A DNA stretch of 64,000 nucleotides, taken from assembly GCA_030704615.1 (NCBI GenBank), contig CM060731.1, positions 73,470,001-73,534,000 of the forward strand, given 5' to 3'. How positions within the stretch are numbered: position 1 is the first letter of the stretch; every line of letters starts with the position of its first letter. The position numbers were made by a program, and so were the translations under genes. The stretch is from Takakia lepidozioides. Lineage: Eukaryota; Plantae; Bryophyta. This document shows positions 26,101-37,985 of the stretch, piece by piece. The notes below the pieces were generated by a model. That model was not told the DNA's origin. It made no database searches and worked only from the letters and a program-made list of their open reading frames with translations.

Positions 26101-29100
26101 TGTATCTAATCATTTACTATTACTTGTGTACGCAGATGTGGCAAACACAGTAAGCCTATTCTGACCTCTCCAACTGAACCCTGAAAACCTGATCAGATAC
26201 AAATCAAAGTGGTCTAGTAATATTGTCATTTACTTATTATTATTGCCCATGGAGGTCAGTCATACACTATACAAACCACGAGCAACTGCCATTGGTTCTC
26301 CTGATGAGTCCTTGATCAAGTGCCATGTCTTAGTCACCTAAACAAAGAAAGGTTTGCTACCTGCATCTGAGAGGAAAACATGATTCTTCAGTGTTGCCAC
26401 CCGAGACACTATGTCGAGCCTTGTGAGCTTCTGAGTCAACCAACCCTTGCTAGAGAGTGCCGCATGGAGATGCACCCATAAATCCTTGCTGACCCTTTCT
26501 GTAGCAGACTTGATGCTCAAAAACTGCTCAGACATTGTGTGTGGTTCTGTCATTGAACACAAAAGACCATCGAATATTGCAGTCCATGCACAATCACTTC
26601 AGATGTTCACACCATACCTTGATGACCCTAGACCAGTCACACATGACTGAGTAACTTCCAGAGAATAGGCATACTGTGGGGCCCATTGACAAAGTCCATT
26701 GACCTCCTGAGCACCAAAGAAGAGCTCAGAGACTGAGTAAAAGACAAACACACCTTGGCACGGTGCTTCCGTTGCTGCTCCCGTGTCGACATCAATCATC
26801 CAGAGCCTTCCAAACCTGAATAACCGAGATAAGAAATTCAATAAATTGCAACCATGTCACACTAGACACACCTGTCGAGGTTGTGCTTGTATTGATAATT
26901 TGACCAGCAAAGAAGGCATTATATCAGCAAGTATCTGAATGAAAGAGCTGTACTGCTTAAACGTTCCCTGTGAGCAGTGGCTATAATGTACTGTTGAGGA
27001 CACCGCCTAGCCCAAACCTAACCCTCGGACTTGGTATTCAATCCTGCCGAAGTATAAAACTTGCTCCAAACATAGTGCCCCAGCTGTCAAAAGTCCGGTT
27101 TAGGTGATTGAACGTTGATCGAAAGCCCTGGCATTTTGGGGAGAACAATGGTAGTTGCAGACAATCTAAACACGTAAGCACAAACAGAGACATATGAAGA
27201 ACTAGCATAAAAACTAAGATGGACAAACAACACAATAGCTACTAGATTAAACCTAGGCTCACCCATGACTTGCAGCCATGAGATGCCCGCTGGATGCCAT
27301 GGCAAGATGCCAAGGAAATGACAATGCCCAATCCTTTTGCTCCCCCTCTTCGTTTCCGCCTGTCAATATTTTATCAGATTCAGCCTTCTGCAAACCCAAC
27401 CAGCGTAGCCATCTCTGAAAGATGCTGGCCCTTTCCTGGATTTTTGTTACAGGATACACCGTTTCCAGCACCCGGCTGCTCAAGTCTGCCTTGCGAACTG
27501 CATGATTCTGCTCATGCACCAAGACATTTCAATTTTGAACCCTTCAAGAGAGACCAGGAGAGAATGTACTCAGAAGACGTTGTTTGCCGTAGCCTGACCC
27601 CGCGCCCAGTTTGAGCGGAACACAAAGGGACAGAACCTAACTTTGTCAGGGGCTGACGTCGGTAGTAAGACTTAACATAAAATTGATCCTCTAGAAATCC
27701 CTTCACACAAGCATCAATCTGATGTGTGTGGTTTTGCCAGGCCCCAAGAGGGCCTGGGCTTTTGGCTCAGCCTCGAGACTTTCAAAGTTGGTAAACAGAG
27801 GTACAGGCACAATTCCCTTGATAGATTTGAGGAGAGCGTCTCTCTGGTGAGAGAACCCCGGACAGTGAATCAGAAAATGAATATTGTCTTCAGGTTGTCC
27901 ACACAACGGGCAATTGCACTCTCCCTTTCCTCTCTGCTTCTGTTTGCTGTTCAAAGGTAGGCTTCCCGCCCTGAGTTTAAAGTTCAATCTAGTGCCGAGA
28001 GTGGGTAGACCCATCCATGATGTCCTCCCCCATGTCACAGACTGGAAACAAGTTTAGGGAAGTTTCTGCCTAACTTCATTTTCATCAGACAATATCCTGG
28101 CAACAGACATGGCTTTGGACACTACAGCCTCTCAGTCAGATTTAGGTCAAGACTTGCGGATTAAGATTCAGATCCTTGAGAATTTCTACTCTCTTCTGCC
28201 AGGACTGCCTGTTTGACAGGGCGATCCTGTTTCCAAGATATAGGGTAGATTAACTTAGGATATCTGATGTTGGACATATGTTGCAGCTGACCCCACCATC
28301 TGACCTTGAATTCATCTCGTCGGGAGCTTAAGGAAGGGATGCCAAACTCACCCTGAACAGCCACATTGGCTGTTTTGGAGCATGCTGACATGCACTCAGA
28401 GAGACTGAGAGACCAGGAGAGAGAGAGAGAGAAAGAGAGAGGAAAAAAAAGAGACAGACAAAGTATCATCTGCTATTACTGGGAGGACAAAGGAGCCACT
28501 GTTGGCAAGACACTAAAACTGGGTTGATGGTTGTCTATTACAGTGCTAAGGTGACAAGAAACTCTTTGATGGGGTGCAATAGATACCTCGCAATCGGCAA
28601 TAAAAAGACAATTTTGTTCGGTATCAAATACAGTGGATGCAGGGCAGCATAGCTGTGCAGACTCAAAGGGACCATCTGCAAATCCTGTGGTTGACCCAAT
28701 CTGCAAACAAAAATATCTCATTTAATCTGTTTCTTTGTAGGCAGCACCTTGCAACTTTTGCGATTTTTGGCCTACTCCATACAGTAACTACACATATGAC
28801 AATTCAGGGAGGAACGGCTCTCACACAGTCTACAACTTCACCATCTCCAGACGTGATGATGATACGGTTATGGAGAGTGTCAGAGATAAACACACGCTCC
28901 CCTTCTAGGTCTGTTGACATTCCACCTGCCGAACAACATTTCAGTCAGTCCAAGTTCCCCTGGTGGGAACAAAACCTGTAGGTTTTGGAAAGGTGGAGTG
29001 TACAACATAGACTCTGAAATCAAAGATGCTCTACAGCTGTTTCTGGCCAGAATCTAACCAAAACTCATCTCCACAGAGTGTAATTGAGCAAAAGGAGACC

Positions 29101-30009
29101 AAGATGCTCTCCGTTGCACTTTATTGTTGCTCTCCCTTCCCCTCTCCCCACTTTCGGATAAAGCAAATAGTAGAGAGCCTATGGTAACAAAGGCTATAGC
29201 AGATGCAGTCTGAGTGCATTCTTCTTCTCCATGACTACCAACTCATAGACTCCCAATGCTGAGGGACAATTTCCCTTGGGTGTTTGTAGCAGGATACATG
29301 TTGAGAATTTTGTTGCCCTTTACAAGAAGCTTCATCAATTGTTGGGCAGCCAACTAAGCAAAAGTACAGAGACAATATGCTGCTCTGGATAATGTTGTGA
29401 ATCTTGTACCTGGGTATGACAGCAGCATGTCATAGCAATTTGTTCCAGATCTGGAGGCTTCCTTCACGCGCACATGCTGGACAATGGGCTGTAATTCCCC
29501 TTGTTCAAGGTTTATTGTTGAATCTCTCAAACTTCCAAACTCAGAAGTCTTAAGTGTGTTTATCCATCGTAATGTGAAAAGTCTGGTTTTCCCTGCATCA
29601 TAAGAGACAATGTATCTCCTGAGATAGAGTCAAATCCACCATCCTCTCTGTTTGAGATGGATTAGTGATACTATAAACCTCACCCATAGAGAGAATACTT
29701 GCGACTTCGCTCGCGCAGCTGACCACACTGAGATAACAGCTAACGATTATTTGACCAATTTTGTGCGAGAGAGAGCTATGATCCAAATAGGTCAGAGAGC
29801 TGAAGATCTGGATGTGAATGTAGGAAGCGTGAGAGAAGATGCAATCAAAATTTGCAGGAATCAGGTCAGGAAAACAACAATGTGTTAAAATCATTAACAA
29901 GATAAGGAAGCGTACTGGAAGAAGACGCTGCGGCGGCGGCGGTGGTGATAGCAGAGCTGGAGAGGCGTGCCCAGACGCAGGTCGTCAGCCTGCGACTGGC
30001 CATCGCCAT
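23191..30009 (-). CDS. NHL-repeat protein (plant NHLRC2/EMB1974-like) with organellar presequence, multi-exon
   Basis: Start MAMASRRLTTCVWARLSSSAITTAAAAASSS (30009-29916). NHL exons: ERVFISDTLHNRIIITSGDGEVVDC (~28920-28826), IGSTTGFADGPFESAQLCCPAS..LFIADCE (28700-28587), NHAVRKADL..FPWHL (27507-27262), LGLLGLPSWW (~25600), CLWRQGRGS (~24730). Last exon ..FLKHLHLRVRL..* (23478-23191). Confidence 0.85.
27564..28406 (-). mobile_element. 5'-truncated LINE (non-LTR retrotransposon) with 16-bp target-site duplication
   Basis: Degenerate ORF C-terminus: ANVAVQGEFG..RYPKLIY, then RLNFKLRAGSLPL..CPLCGQPEDNIHFLIHCP (CCHC-type). GAGAGACCAGGAGAGA occurs at 27548-27563 and 28407-28422. The element lies in an intron of the NHL gene. 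Confidence 0.88.
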
Positions 30010-30970
30010 CTCTAGAGCCTTTGGCCCCCTCAGAAAGTTTCTTTGTTGTGTGTTGTGTCCGACAGTGTGCCCCCTCTTTTTTCGCCACTTTATTTAGGGC
30101 AGTGAGTCCGCTGCTTCACACGAGCACACATGAGCAACATACACATGAGCTTGTTTTTGATAGTTTGCCAGGTTGAAATGTTACCCTTGTCCACCCCAAC
30201 GAGGAAGTGGAGAAGAATCGGCGCAGAAACTTGCGCTCGTGACTGCTTCATCGAATTGGGTATCTTGGCAGATAGAAGGTGCCGTCAGAAATTGTGCACC
30301 TCCTGGAGGCAGTTCACATCCTTGTGATTTGGAAAGGCGATTCAGCCCACGGTGCTCCGTAGACGACTCATTCATCTGCCTTGAGGGGAGGGCTTATTCT
30401 TTCAAGTTGACACGGCCTGAGCGAGGGGACATCTTTGCAGGACAGAGGGAATTTTTGATAAGTAGAGTTTGTCACATGTCTTCTTCCACTGTCTACTAGG
30501 TGTCAAGTTTGAAATCAATCTTCGAATTTTTGTAGCGTTGTCGCATGAGAGAATCTGAAGATGTTTGAAAGCTGGATTCAGTTCATTGTTCCCTTGATTT
30601 CCCTCCAACAAGACCCTCGAATTTGCAAAGGAAATGAATCTTCTTTGCATTGAGATCGGAGAAAGTGATGGGTTGTTTGAGGGCTTGAGAAGTATACATA
30701 CAAGTTTCGTGAATGTGAAGAATCCTTCCCACTTTTTCGCTCGGATGTATCCGTGTAATGTCTTAGGAACATGTGAGAAGACGTAATTGACTTCATTGGC
30801 TAGAAACATACGAACTCAAACATCCTGCCATATACCGAGATGGGCTAACATCATAGAGAAGTTGACAACCCAGCAGCAGCCTCCTGGAGAGAGAGAGAGA
30901 GAGAGATGCCCACCTGTGGTCTGCGTCGCAGCCATACCGGCTCTAAGCTCTCCTTGACCTGGAATAGCAG

Positions 30971-31770
30971 AAACATCGATCTTAGTCGAAGAAAATCAGA
31001 GGACGGTAAAATAGGGTCTGTAGAGGATCATGGGCATGACCGGAAGTATCGTTCTCCTCCATCAGCTCGTCCGGAATCTCCTGCAAAATCTGGAACTTCT
31101 GGTATAGTATTGATTCATTCCATTCAGAGCATGTGTGAGTGCGTGATTTTGAGAGAGAGAGAGAGAGAGGATCGGAAGCTGGAAAATCATCTTATGTTCT
31201 GGCGGTTTCTGGCACGCAGGTCAAACAATGAGCATTGAACCGATCTGGCTGGAGTTCTTCTCAGATCCCGCAGAGTGGTGGGACAAAAGGTTCGTGAAGG
31301 TAAGACTCTCGTCAGTCACCTTATGAAATAGTTTGTCGAAAAGGGCTTTTGACTGAAGGTGGCATGGTGACGTTGTGTGGCCAGTGACAAGCTTGCACTT
31401 CTTTCTGAAATAGTTATTGATAGGGCGTTCTTACCTTTAGCGGGAGATGACAATTGCTTGTTCAAGGTTGACTTTGTGTTGGAAGATTGTTGGGGAGCCT
31501 TGGTAGATCGATCTACACATAGCTGTGAACAAATTAATAGGTTTGCTAGGAGCTATTACTTCTCAGCTGCACACCTCTGGTTTTCACAGGACAATCCAGA
31601 AAATCCTGGCTTCAAACATCAGCAGAGAAGAGAGGTCCTATGGCTCGAGACTCAATCAAACCAGCTTTGGGCGAAAGCAGAGCTACCTGCCATTCCACTG
31701 AGTCAAGTACAATGTGATGATGGTTCCAATTTGATCTGCAGCACAGACTCACAGGCTGAGAAGTCAACGG
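30971..31770 (+). CDS. Upstream exons encoding an OSB-type PDF motif, probably the 5' part of the PPR-DYW gene
   Basis: Exons 30971-31101, 31220-31299 (QTMSIEPIWLEFFSDPAEWWDKRFVK|gtaag) and 31590-31770 (DNPENPGFKHQQRREVLWLETQSNQLWAKAEL) join in phase and rebuild the motif W..FF.(N/D)P..WWD.R..K.NP..PDFKH....LWL. Confidence 0.75.
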
Positions 31771-32067
31771 GTATTGTTTTGTGTAAGATATCTGAATGTG
31801 TCAACTTAGAATAGGTTGTCACGGTCACTGCTGTAGTGTTGTCATCGTGCGAAAACTCAGTAAAACCTTCTCTGGATGATTGGTTCTTTCTTTCAAGTAT
31901 GTAGAGGCTTTGGGATAATTTGTATCAAAAATTATAACTAGGAGTTTTGACTCACGCAGGATGGCAGGGTTGCATCAGGCACAAATTTTTGGTGGACATC
32001 AGCTGGGAGCTGGGGTAGCACCCCCGCACCCACTTTTAAAAGTGGGCCTAGAGAGGAAGTCAACAAG

Positions 32068-34500
32068 ATGGCATCTGTCACCCCTTGGGATGTGAGGACA
32101 CTATGTAAGCAGGGAAGATTGAAAGAGGCGCTTTATGCTTTGGACCAACAAGGTGTCCCGGCAGACTCCAATACTTATGTCTACCTCTTGCAGGGGTGCA
32201 TCAACACGAAAGCCCTGGCAGATGGAAGGCAGGTGCATTCCCACATCCTCCGCACTGAATTCAAGCCAAACATTTTTGTTGGCAACACCCTTGTCAACAT
32301 GTATGCCAAGTGCGGGAGCATGGTGGATGCACGACAGGCATTTGAAGAAATGCCTCAACGAGATACAGTCACGTGGACTGTCCTGATGGCAGGATATGCC
32401 AAGAATGGGCGTACCAAGGAAGCTTTCAAAATTTATGAGCAAATGCAATTGGAAGGGGTGATACCCAATAGTGTGACCTTCATTTCTGTTCTGAATGCGT
32501 GTGCCAATCTAGGAGCCCTGGAAGTGGGGAAGCAGGTTCATGCTGATATATTGCGCGCTGGAATTGTGTCAGACATCTTTTTGGAGACCACCCTAGTTGA
32601 CATGTATTCCAAATGTGGTAGCATAAAGAATGCCCGTCAGGTGTTTGACAGAATGGCTGTACGAAATGTGGTCTCATGGAATGCTATAATAGCAGGATAT
32701 GCTCAGCATGGGCTGGGTAAAGAGGCTCTGAAAATGTATGAGGAAATGCTTAAGGAAAGTGTGACACCTGACAGGATCACATTCCTTTGTGTTCTCAATG
32801 CATGTGCAAATCTAAGAGCTCTGGAAAAGGGCAAACAGATGCATGCTGCTGCCATCAAAGCTGGAATTGCAGCGTATATTAACTTGGAGAATACCCTTAT
32901 TGACATGTATGCCAAATGCGGAAGCATGGAGAACGCGCTTGAAGTGTTCAACAAAATGGCTGAAAGAGATGTGGTCTCATGGAATGCATTGATTGCAGGA
33001 TATTCACAGCATGGGCATGGTGAAGAAGCTCTTGAAGTCTATGAACAAATGAATCGAGAAGGGGTGACGCCGAACAGGGTCACATTTGTTTGCATTCTCA
33101 ATGCATGCCCCAGTCTAGGAGCCCTGGACAAGGGCAAGCAGGTCCATGCTGATATCAGGAAAGCTGGAATTGCAATAGATGTTATCTTGGGGACAACACT
33201 AGTTGACATGTATGCCAAATGTGGCAGTGTGAGGGATGCATGCCAAGTATTTGATGAAATGGCCACAACGAATGTGATCGCATGGAATGCCATGATCACA
33301 GGATATCTTCACCAAGGGCATGGTGAAGAGGCCCTCAGAATGTATGAGGAAATGCAACTGAAAGGGTTGATGCCTGACAGGGTCACATTCACTGGCATTC
33401 TTAATGCATGTGCCAGCCTGGGCGCCCTGGAGAAGGGCAAGGTAGTACATGCTGACACCATCAGAGCTGGGATTGTGTTCGACGTAATTTTGGAGACCAC
33501 CCTTGTTGACATGTATGCCAAGTGCGGAAGTGTGGAGGATGCCCATCAAGTGTTCGACAGAATGGCGACTCAAAATTGTTTCTCATGGACTGCAATGATC
33601 GCTGGATATGCACAGAATGGATGTGGTAGGAAGGCTCTTGACCTATTTGAACAAATGCTACAGAAAGGCTTGAAGCCGGACGGTATCACCTTGATTGCTG
33701 TTCTCTCTGCATGCAGCCATGCAGGCTTAGTGGATGAAGGCCACCGTCACTTTGCTTCCATGAGTCGCGATCATGGCCTAACAGCTACAGTACAGCATTT
33801 TGGCTGCATGGTGGACCTTCTTGGTCGTGCAGGGAGATTGGATGAGGCAGAGGACCTCATTAATAAGATGCCTGTTGAACCAGGTGCTTCAGTGTGGGGA
33901 GCCTTGCTTGGAGCTTGCAGAATTCATGGTAATGTGGAGGTAGCAGAACGTGCTGCAAATTGCGTTCTACAGAGGGATCCACAGGACGCTGCAACTTATG
34001 TGATGCTATCAAACATCTATGCTGTGGCTGGAAGGTGGGATGATAAAGCAAGGGTGAGAAAAATGATGGAGGAAATAGGGATCAGAAAGGAGGCAGGGCG
34101 CAGCTGCATTGAGGTCAACAATCGAGTGCATGCATTTGTTGTAGAGGACAAATTACATCCACAGATTGAGGATATCCGGTCTGAGCTGAAGAGATTGTCT
34201 GAGCAGATGAAGGTGGCCGGGTACCTACCAGATACACACTTTGTGTTGCATGATATGGAAAGGGAGCAAAAGGAATTTGCACTTTGCCACCATAGTGAGA
34301 AGCTGGCCATCGCCTTTGGCCTCATAAGCACACCCCCAGGAACACCTATCAGCATCATCAAGAACCTTCGGGTGTGTGGTGACTGCCACACCGCCATCAA
34401 GTTCACATCAAAGATTGTTGGGCGAGCAGTTGTTGTACGGGATGCCCGCCGCTTTCACCACTTCCAAGATGGAGCCTGTTCTTGCGGGGATTATTGGTGA
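32068..34500 (+). CDS. PLS-class PPR protein with E1-E2-DYW deaminase domain (C-to-U organellar editing factor type)
   Basis: About 17 P/L/S motifs (5 YxKCGS S-motifs), HSEKLA, KNLRVCGDCH and terminal CSCGDYW. The frame is open upstream to a splice acceptor at 31960. Confidence 0.96.
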   Translation: MASVTPWDVRTLCKQGRLKEALYALDQQGVPADSNTYVYLLQGCINTKALADGRQVHSHILRTEFKPNIFVGNTLVNMYAKCGSMVDARQAFEEMPQRDTVTWTVLMAGYAKNGRTKEAFKIYEQMQLEGVIPNSVTFISVLNACANLGALEVGKQVHADILRAGIVSDIFLETTLVDMYSKCGSIKNARQVFDRMAVRNVVSWNAIIAGYAQHGLGKEALKMYEEMLKESVTPDRITFLCVLNACANLRALEKGKQMHAAAIKAGIAAYINLENTLIDMYAKCGSMENALEVFNKMAERDVVSWNALIAGYSQHGHGEEALEVYEQMNREGVTPNRVTFVCILNACPSLGALDKGKQVHADIRKAGIAIDVILGTTLVDMYAKCGSVRDACQVFDEMATTNVIAWNAMITGYLHQGHGEEALRMYEEMQLKGLMPDRVTFTGILNACASLGALEKGKVVHADTIRAGIVFDVILETTLVDMYAKCGSVEDAHQVFDRMATQNCFSWTAMIAGYAQNGCGRKALDLFEQMLQKGLKPDGITLIAVLSACSHAGLVDEGHRHFASMSRDHGLTATVQHFGCMVDLLGRAGRLDEAEDLINKMPVEPGASVWGALLGACRIHGNVEVAERAANCVLQRDPQDAATYVMLSNIYAVAGRWDDKARVRKMMEEIGIRKEAGRSCIEVNNRVHAFVVEDKLHPQIEDIRSELKRLSEQMKVAGYLPDTHFVLHDMEREQKEFALCHHSEKLAIAFGLISTPPGTPISIIKNLRVCGDCHTAIKFTSKIVGRAVVVRDARRFHHFQDGACSCGDYW

Positions 34501-36488
34501 AGCAACAACATGCATGAAGAAGTAATGTCACAAACTTGAACACAGATTTACTATACACAAGCCATGAGTAGATTTGAAGGAAACGGATAGACGGGACCTC
34601 ATGGTGGATGCTGTGCTGTGCTCATGGTGATCATTACAATTGAGATTTCACTAACAAGCAGCAGGAGGGAAGTGACAGGAAAGGATTCCAGAAAGCAAAA
34701 GTACCAGACAACTGGGATCTCCAAATGGATGAAGGTACCTGGGAAACAAGAAGGCGATTCCCCTGTGACAGGACTATCAAGTGACCATGCATGCTGACAC
34801 CTCCTCCTAAATATTAAGAGAGTCAGAAGGGGCAAGGTTTGAGATTCAAGGCCAGAACAAGAAAATTACACTCAAGAAGCCACAAAATTTGATTGATTTA
34901 ATGTCAACCAAGGTCCCCTCCAGATTCGCAATGGAACCGGAAAGACATTGACCCAAGTGTGGGTGATAGCCACTACAGGTGGTTCTCTCAGGGATGTTAG
35001 GGAATCTGTAGATTGATTGCCAATTATTTTGGGAAACATCAGACCATCTATCTGAAATATGTTGCCCATGGGGCTAGAGTATTCCCCTAGTAGAGCCCAC
35101 CCCCAACTGGAGGCAGTACCCTAGCTTGCTAGGAAAAGTGGCTATTGCCGGAGTAATCATGTGCCTGTGCTCTAACATTAAGGATCAATTAGATTGCTCC
35201 CTTGGACCATGAGAAAGGAAACTTTGGATCCGTCCTGCAACATATCTGTGTCAAGCTGTGAGACTTGGTAAGCAGTTTTCTGTTGATGGGTTGTGCCATC
35301 TGCTTATTTTATGGAGTGTTCCATTGATTGGCAGCTTGCAGATAATTCAGCACTGGTTCATGGTACAATGGCCGGGTTGAATATAACACTTGTCGGGTTG
35401 CAATGGATTGAAACAGCATCCAACAAGCCAGAACCTGTACAGAACCCATCTGGTTTTGTCTTATGGTTGCCTGGATTGGGTCTCATGGCAATTGGCAATG
35501 TAGTTGTGCATCAGGGAAGCCAATGGAAGCCAGGTTGTTTGGGAATAGATTTCCTCTTGAACTTATCATGGCCTCCTTGGGGAAAAGAAGCATGGAAGAC
35601 CAGTGTCCCTGTTGAGTCGATTGAAAAGCAAAGAGTTGCTGTGACACCACTACATATTTCATTGTCAAGAGGATTGGCAAACATATGTGTCCTCAGTGAT
35701 TAAAACTTCGACTCAGAATCATATTCTAGTGTTCCTAGCAGGATCATTCTTGACCAGCTATAATATTCCTTGTGCAGCACTGTGCTGCCAAAGCGGCACC
35801 ATTCTCTTTCACTGCTCCCTGAAATCTTTTAAACGTCAAGAGATCTGCAACTGCAATATTCTGAGGCTGAAGTGGTTCAGTAACTGCAGGTTGTGATCCT
35901 TATTATACCCAACAAACATCATACATGTCCCATGCACTATAGGCTACAGTTCAGAGTTTGATCTGTAATTCAGAACGTGCAGTCATGTGCAAAGCCAAAC
36001 ATTAGATGAGTGGAGAGACCCATAGTCCGAGTGACCATTTTGATGAGCCTGGTTCGCCTGAAGTTCTCTTCTCCCCACATGCCACACAGACCAGGATAGT
36101 TGCGAGCAATAGTAGGTAAAAAGAAAGATGGGATATGTAAGCCAGAGACTTTGAATCTTACTAGCTGCAATTAGATTCAAAAAAGACCTCCATTTCCGTT
36201 TTGACCTTCTCAAGCAAAATAGACATACGAATCAGGTTTGCTTGCGGAAGCATTATTGAAAACAAGGGATTGGAGAATTGGAGAAGAGAGAATGGGGTAG
36301 GGAGCTGAAGGAGCAGTTTGTAGTCAGTTCATTGTATGCAAGCTTTCCCTCGCAATTACGAAGTGATTTCGTAATTACCCTTCATGAAACCGAGGAGCAG
36401 CTTTCAGCCATGGCATCCTCCTCCGAGTTTTGAGTTCAAACAAACACGAAAAGTGCAGGTCTAAAGAGAGTCTGAGAGGAGAAACGAA

Positions 36489-37193
36489 TCAGGTCGGACG
36501 ATTTTGTTCTAGTACAGCAGATTTGGGATTGTTCATGGGCGGCCCCTTGGCGGTGCGCTCTAATTCTTGTAATCTAAAGGTCACGAGTTTGTCCCAATTT
36601 CCTCCCTCAAAGAGTACCCCAGCTCGCCCATCGGTAACTCTCTGGACAATCCCGGAAAACATGTGGTAAGGATTCTTGGGCGATTTCACTACCACAGTCA
36701 TTCCTGGCATAAGTAGAGGAGGAGGAGGGGCCCTGACTTTCGCTCCCGGTTTGACAATCTCTTCTCTAAGCTTCTGAAGCTCTCTAGAAACCTTCAAAGG
36801 GGGTGCATTGTTCTTCACGAATTGTTGAAGCCCTTTCTCCCCACCAGGAAAGCCACCTGTAAGGCCCCCAAGCTCCTTCTCAAACGATCCAGCGGCCGCC
36901 TCAGTTCCCTCCGAGGCCGAAGTGCCACCCCCCTTCTTCTTCTCCTTCTCCTTCACCAATTGTGAAGCTCCAGAGAAAATCTCCTGCGCTTTCTCAGAAA
37001 GCAGACCGTCCTCCCCTCCTGGAAGACCCCTCCCACCCAGAACCTGCCACAGATCGAACCCTTGGGCTTTCACACACAATCTGATCGCCCCAGGTTTCTG
37101 GGCAGTCCAGGGCCTTGAAGAATCCAACAATCCATTGCCCCACAACGAGCTTCGCTGATCCAAGCAAGTGAGGGGCAGCATGCAACCCACCAT
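36489..37193 (-). CDS. ndhS: NAD(P)H dehydrogenase-like complex subunit S (NdhS/CRR31), chloroplastic
   Basis: [31 protein letters not shown] and [40 protein letters not shown]. The ATG at 37193 precedes a transit-like sequence; an upstream ATG at 37316 is also possible. Confidence 0.93.
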   Translation of the reverse strand: MVGCMLPLTCLDQRSSLWGNGLLDSSRPWTAQKPGAIRLCVKAQGFDLWQVLGGRGLPGGEDGLLSEKAQEIFSGASQLVKEKEKKKGGGTSASEGTEAAAGSFEKELGGLTGGFPGGEKGLQQFVKNNAPPLKVSRELQKLREEIVKPGAKVRAPPPPLLMPGMTVVVKSPKNPYHMFSGIVQRVTDGRAGVLFEGGNWDKLVTFRLQELERTAKGPPMNNPKSAVLEQNRPT

Positions 37194-37697
37194 AGCTCCT
37201 CTATCTGCCAGCCTTTCGTGCACACACTGCGGATAGCCTTCTTTCCACCCCACCCCTCTTCCATCGCCCTCATTCTCGTCGACGTCTTCGTCAATCGTCC
37301 ACTTCTTTCCACTCATCGCTCTCGATGATTTTCCTTCACGGAAAATGGAGGCAGAGCTCCTTGTTTTGAGCAGATGCACAGTGAGAGTGGGGATGGATTT
37401 CCCTCACACTTGTGTTGGAGAGCATCTCTCATTCATTTGGAAGCATGTTGGGGAATGTGGATAGGCCAAGTGGCCCGAAAGCTGCCAATTCGACTTTGAA
37501 TGATGTTTTCTTGTCCAGCACCAGGCAAATCACTCCCTCCGAAAGCAGTTTTTCCAAATCATCTTCAGGAAATGGAAGGAGAGGAGGTTTCAAGTCCAAC
37601 GATTGGGAGAGGAGACAGATGATTCAATGAGCAATAAGAACAGAGAAAGCAAAGAGAAAGCATAGCACAAACCCGTAACCATAAGTAAGTGCTCAGG

Positions 37698-37985
37698 CTC
37701 CGAAAGGAAGTCCAACACAACCACAGGTGCCATGATCAGTCCAGAGTTTAGGAATATTAGAGAAAGAAAGAGCAATCAAAAGTGAGTATTCATAACAGCA
37801 TACACGATCCAACCTCAAGGAATGCGAGAGATCATCTCTGGTTCACGATCCTGAAGGAAGCTAAAACACATCCACTGCCATAATCAGTTGTGAGAATGGA
37901 ATATTACAGAAAGAAAGGAACAATGAAAAAGAGTATTACACAACAGCCTTCAAGATCCGACATGAAAGAATGCCACTGATCACCA
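37698..37985. repeat. Diverged ~150-bp tandem duplication between NdhS and FRIGIDA-like
   Basis: aaggaag..acaca.ccac..tgccat.atcagt..ggaatatta.agaaagaaag..caat.aaaa..gagtatt..aacagc..gatcc.ac occurs at ~37698-37835 and ~37848-37985. Confidence 0.7.

Noticed and set aside
34201-34500. Possible U-to-C (KP-type) DYW domain
   Set aside because: Both genes have HSE, CGDCH and a terminal DYW, which fit the canonical C-to-U type.
34600-36400. Several 65-136 aa ORFs between the PPR gene and NdhS
   Set aside because: No recognisable motifs or consistent exon structure.
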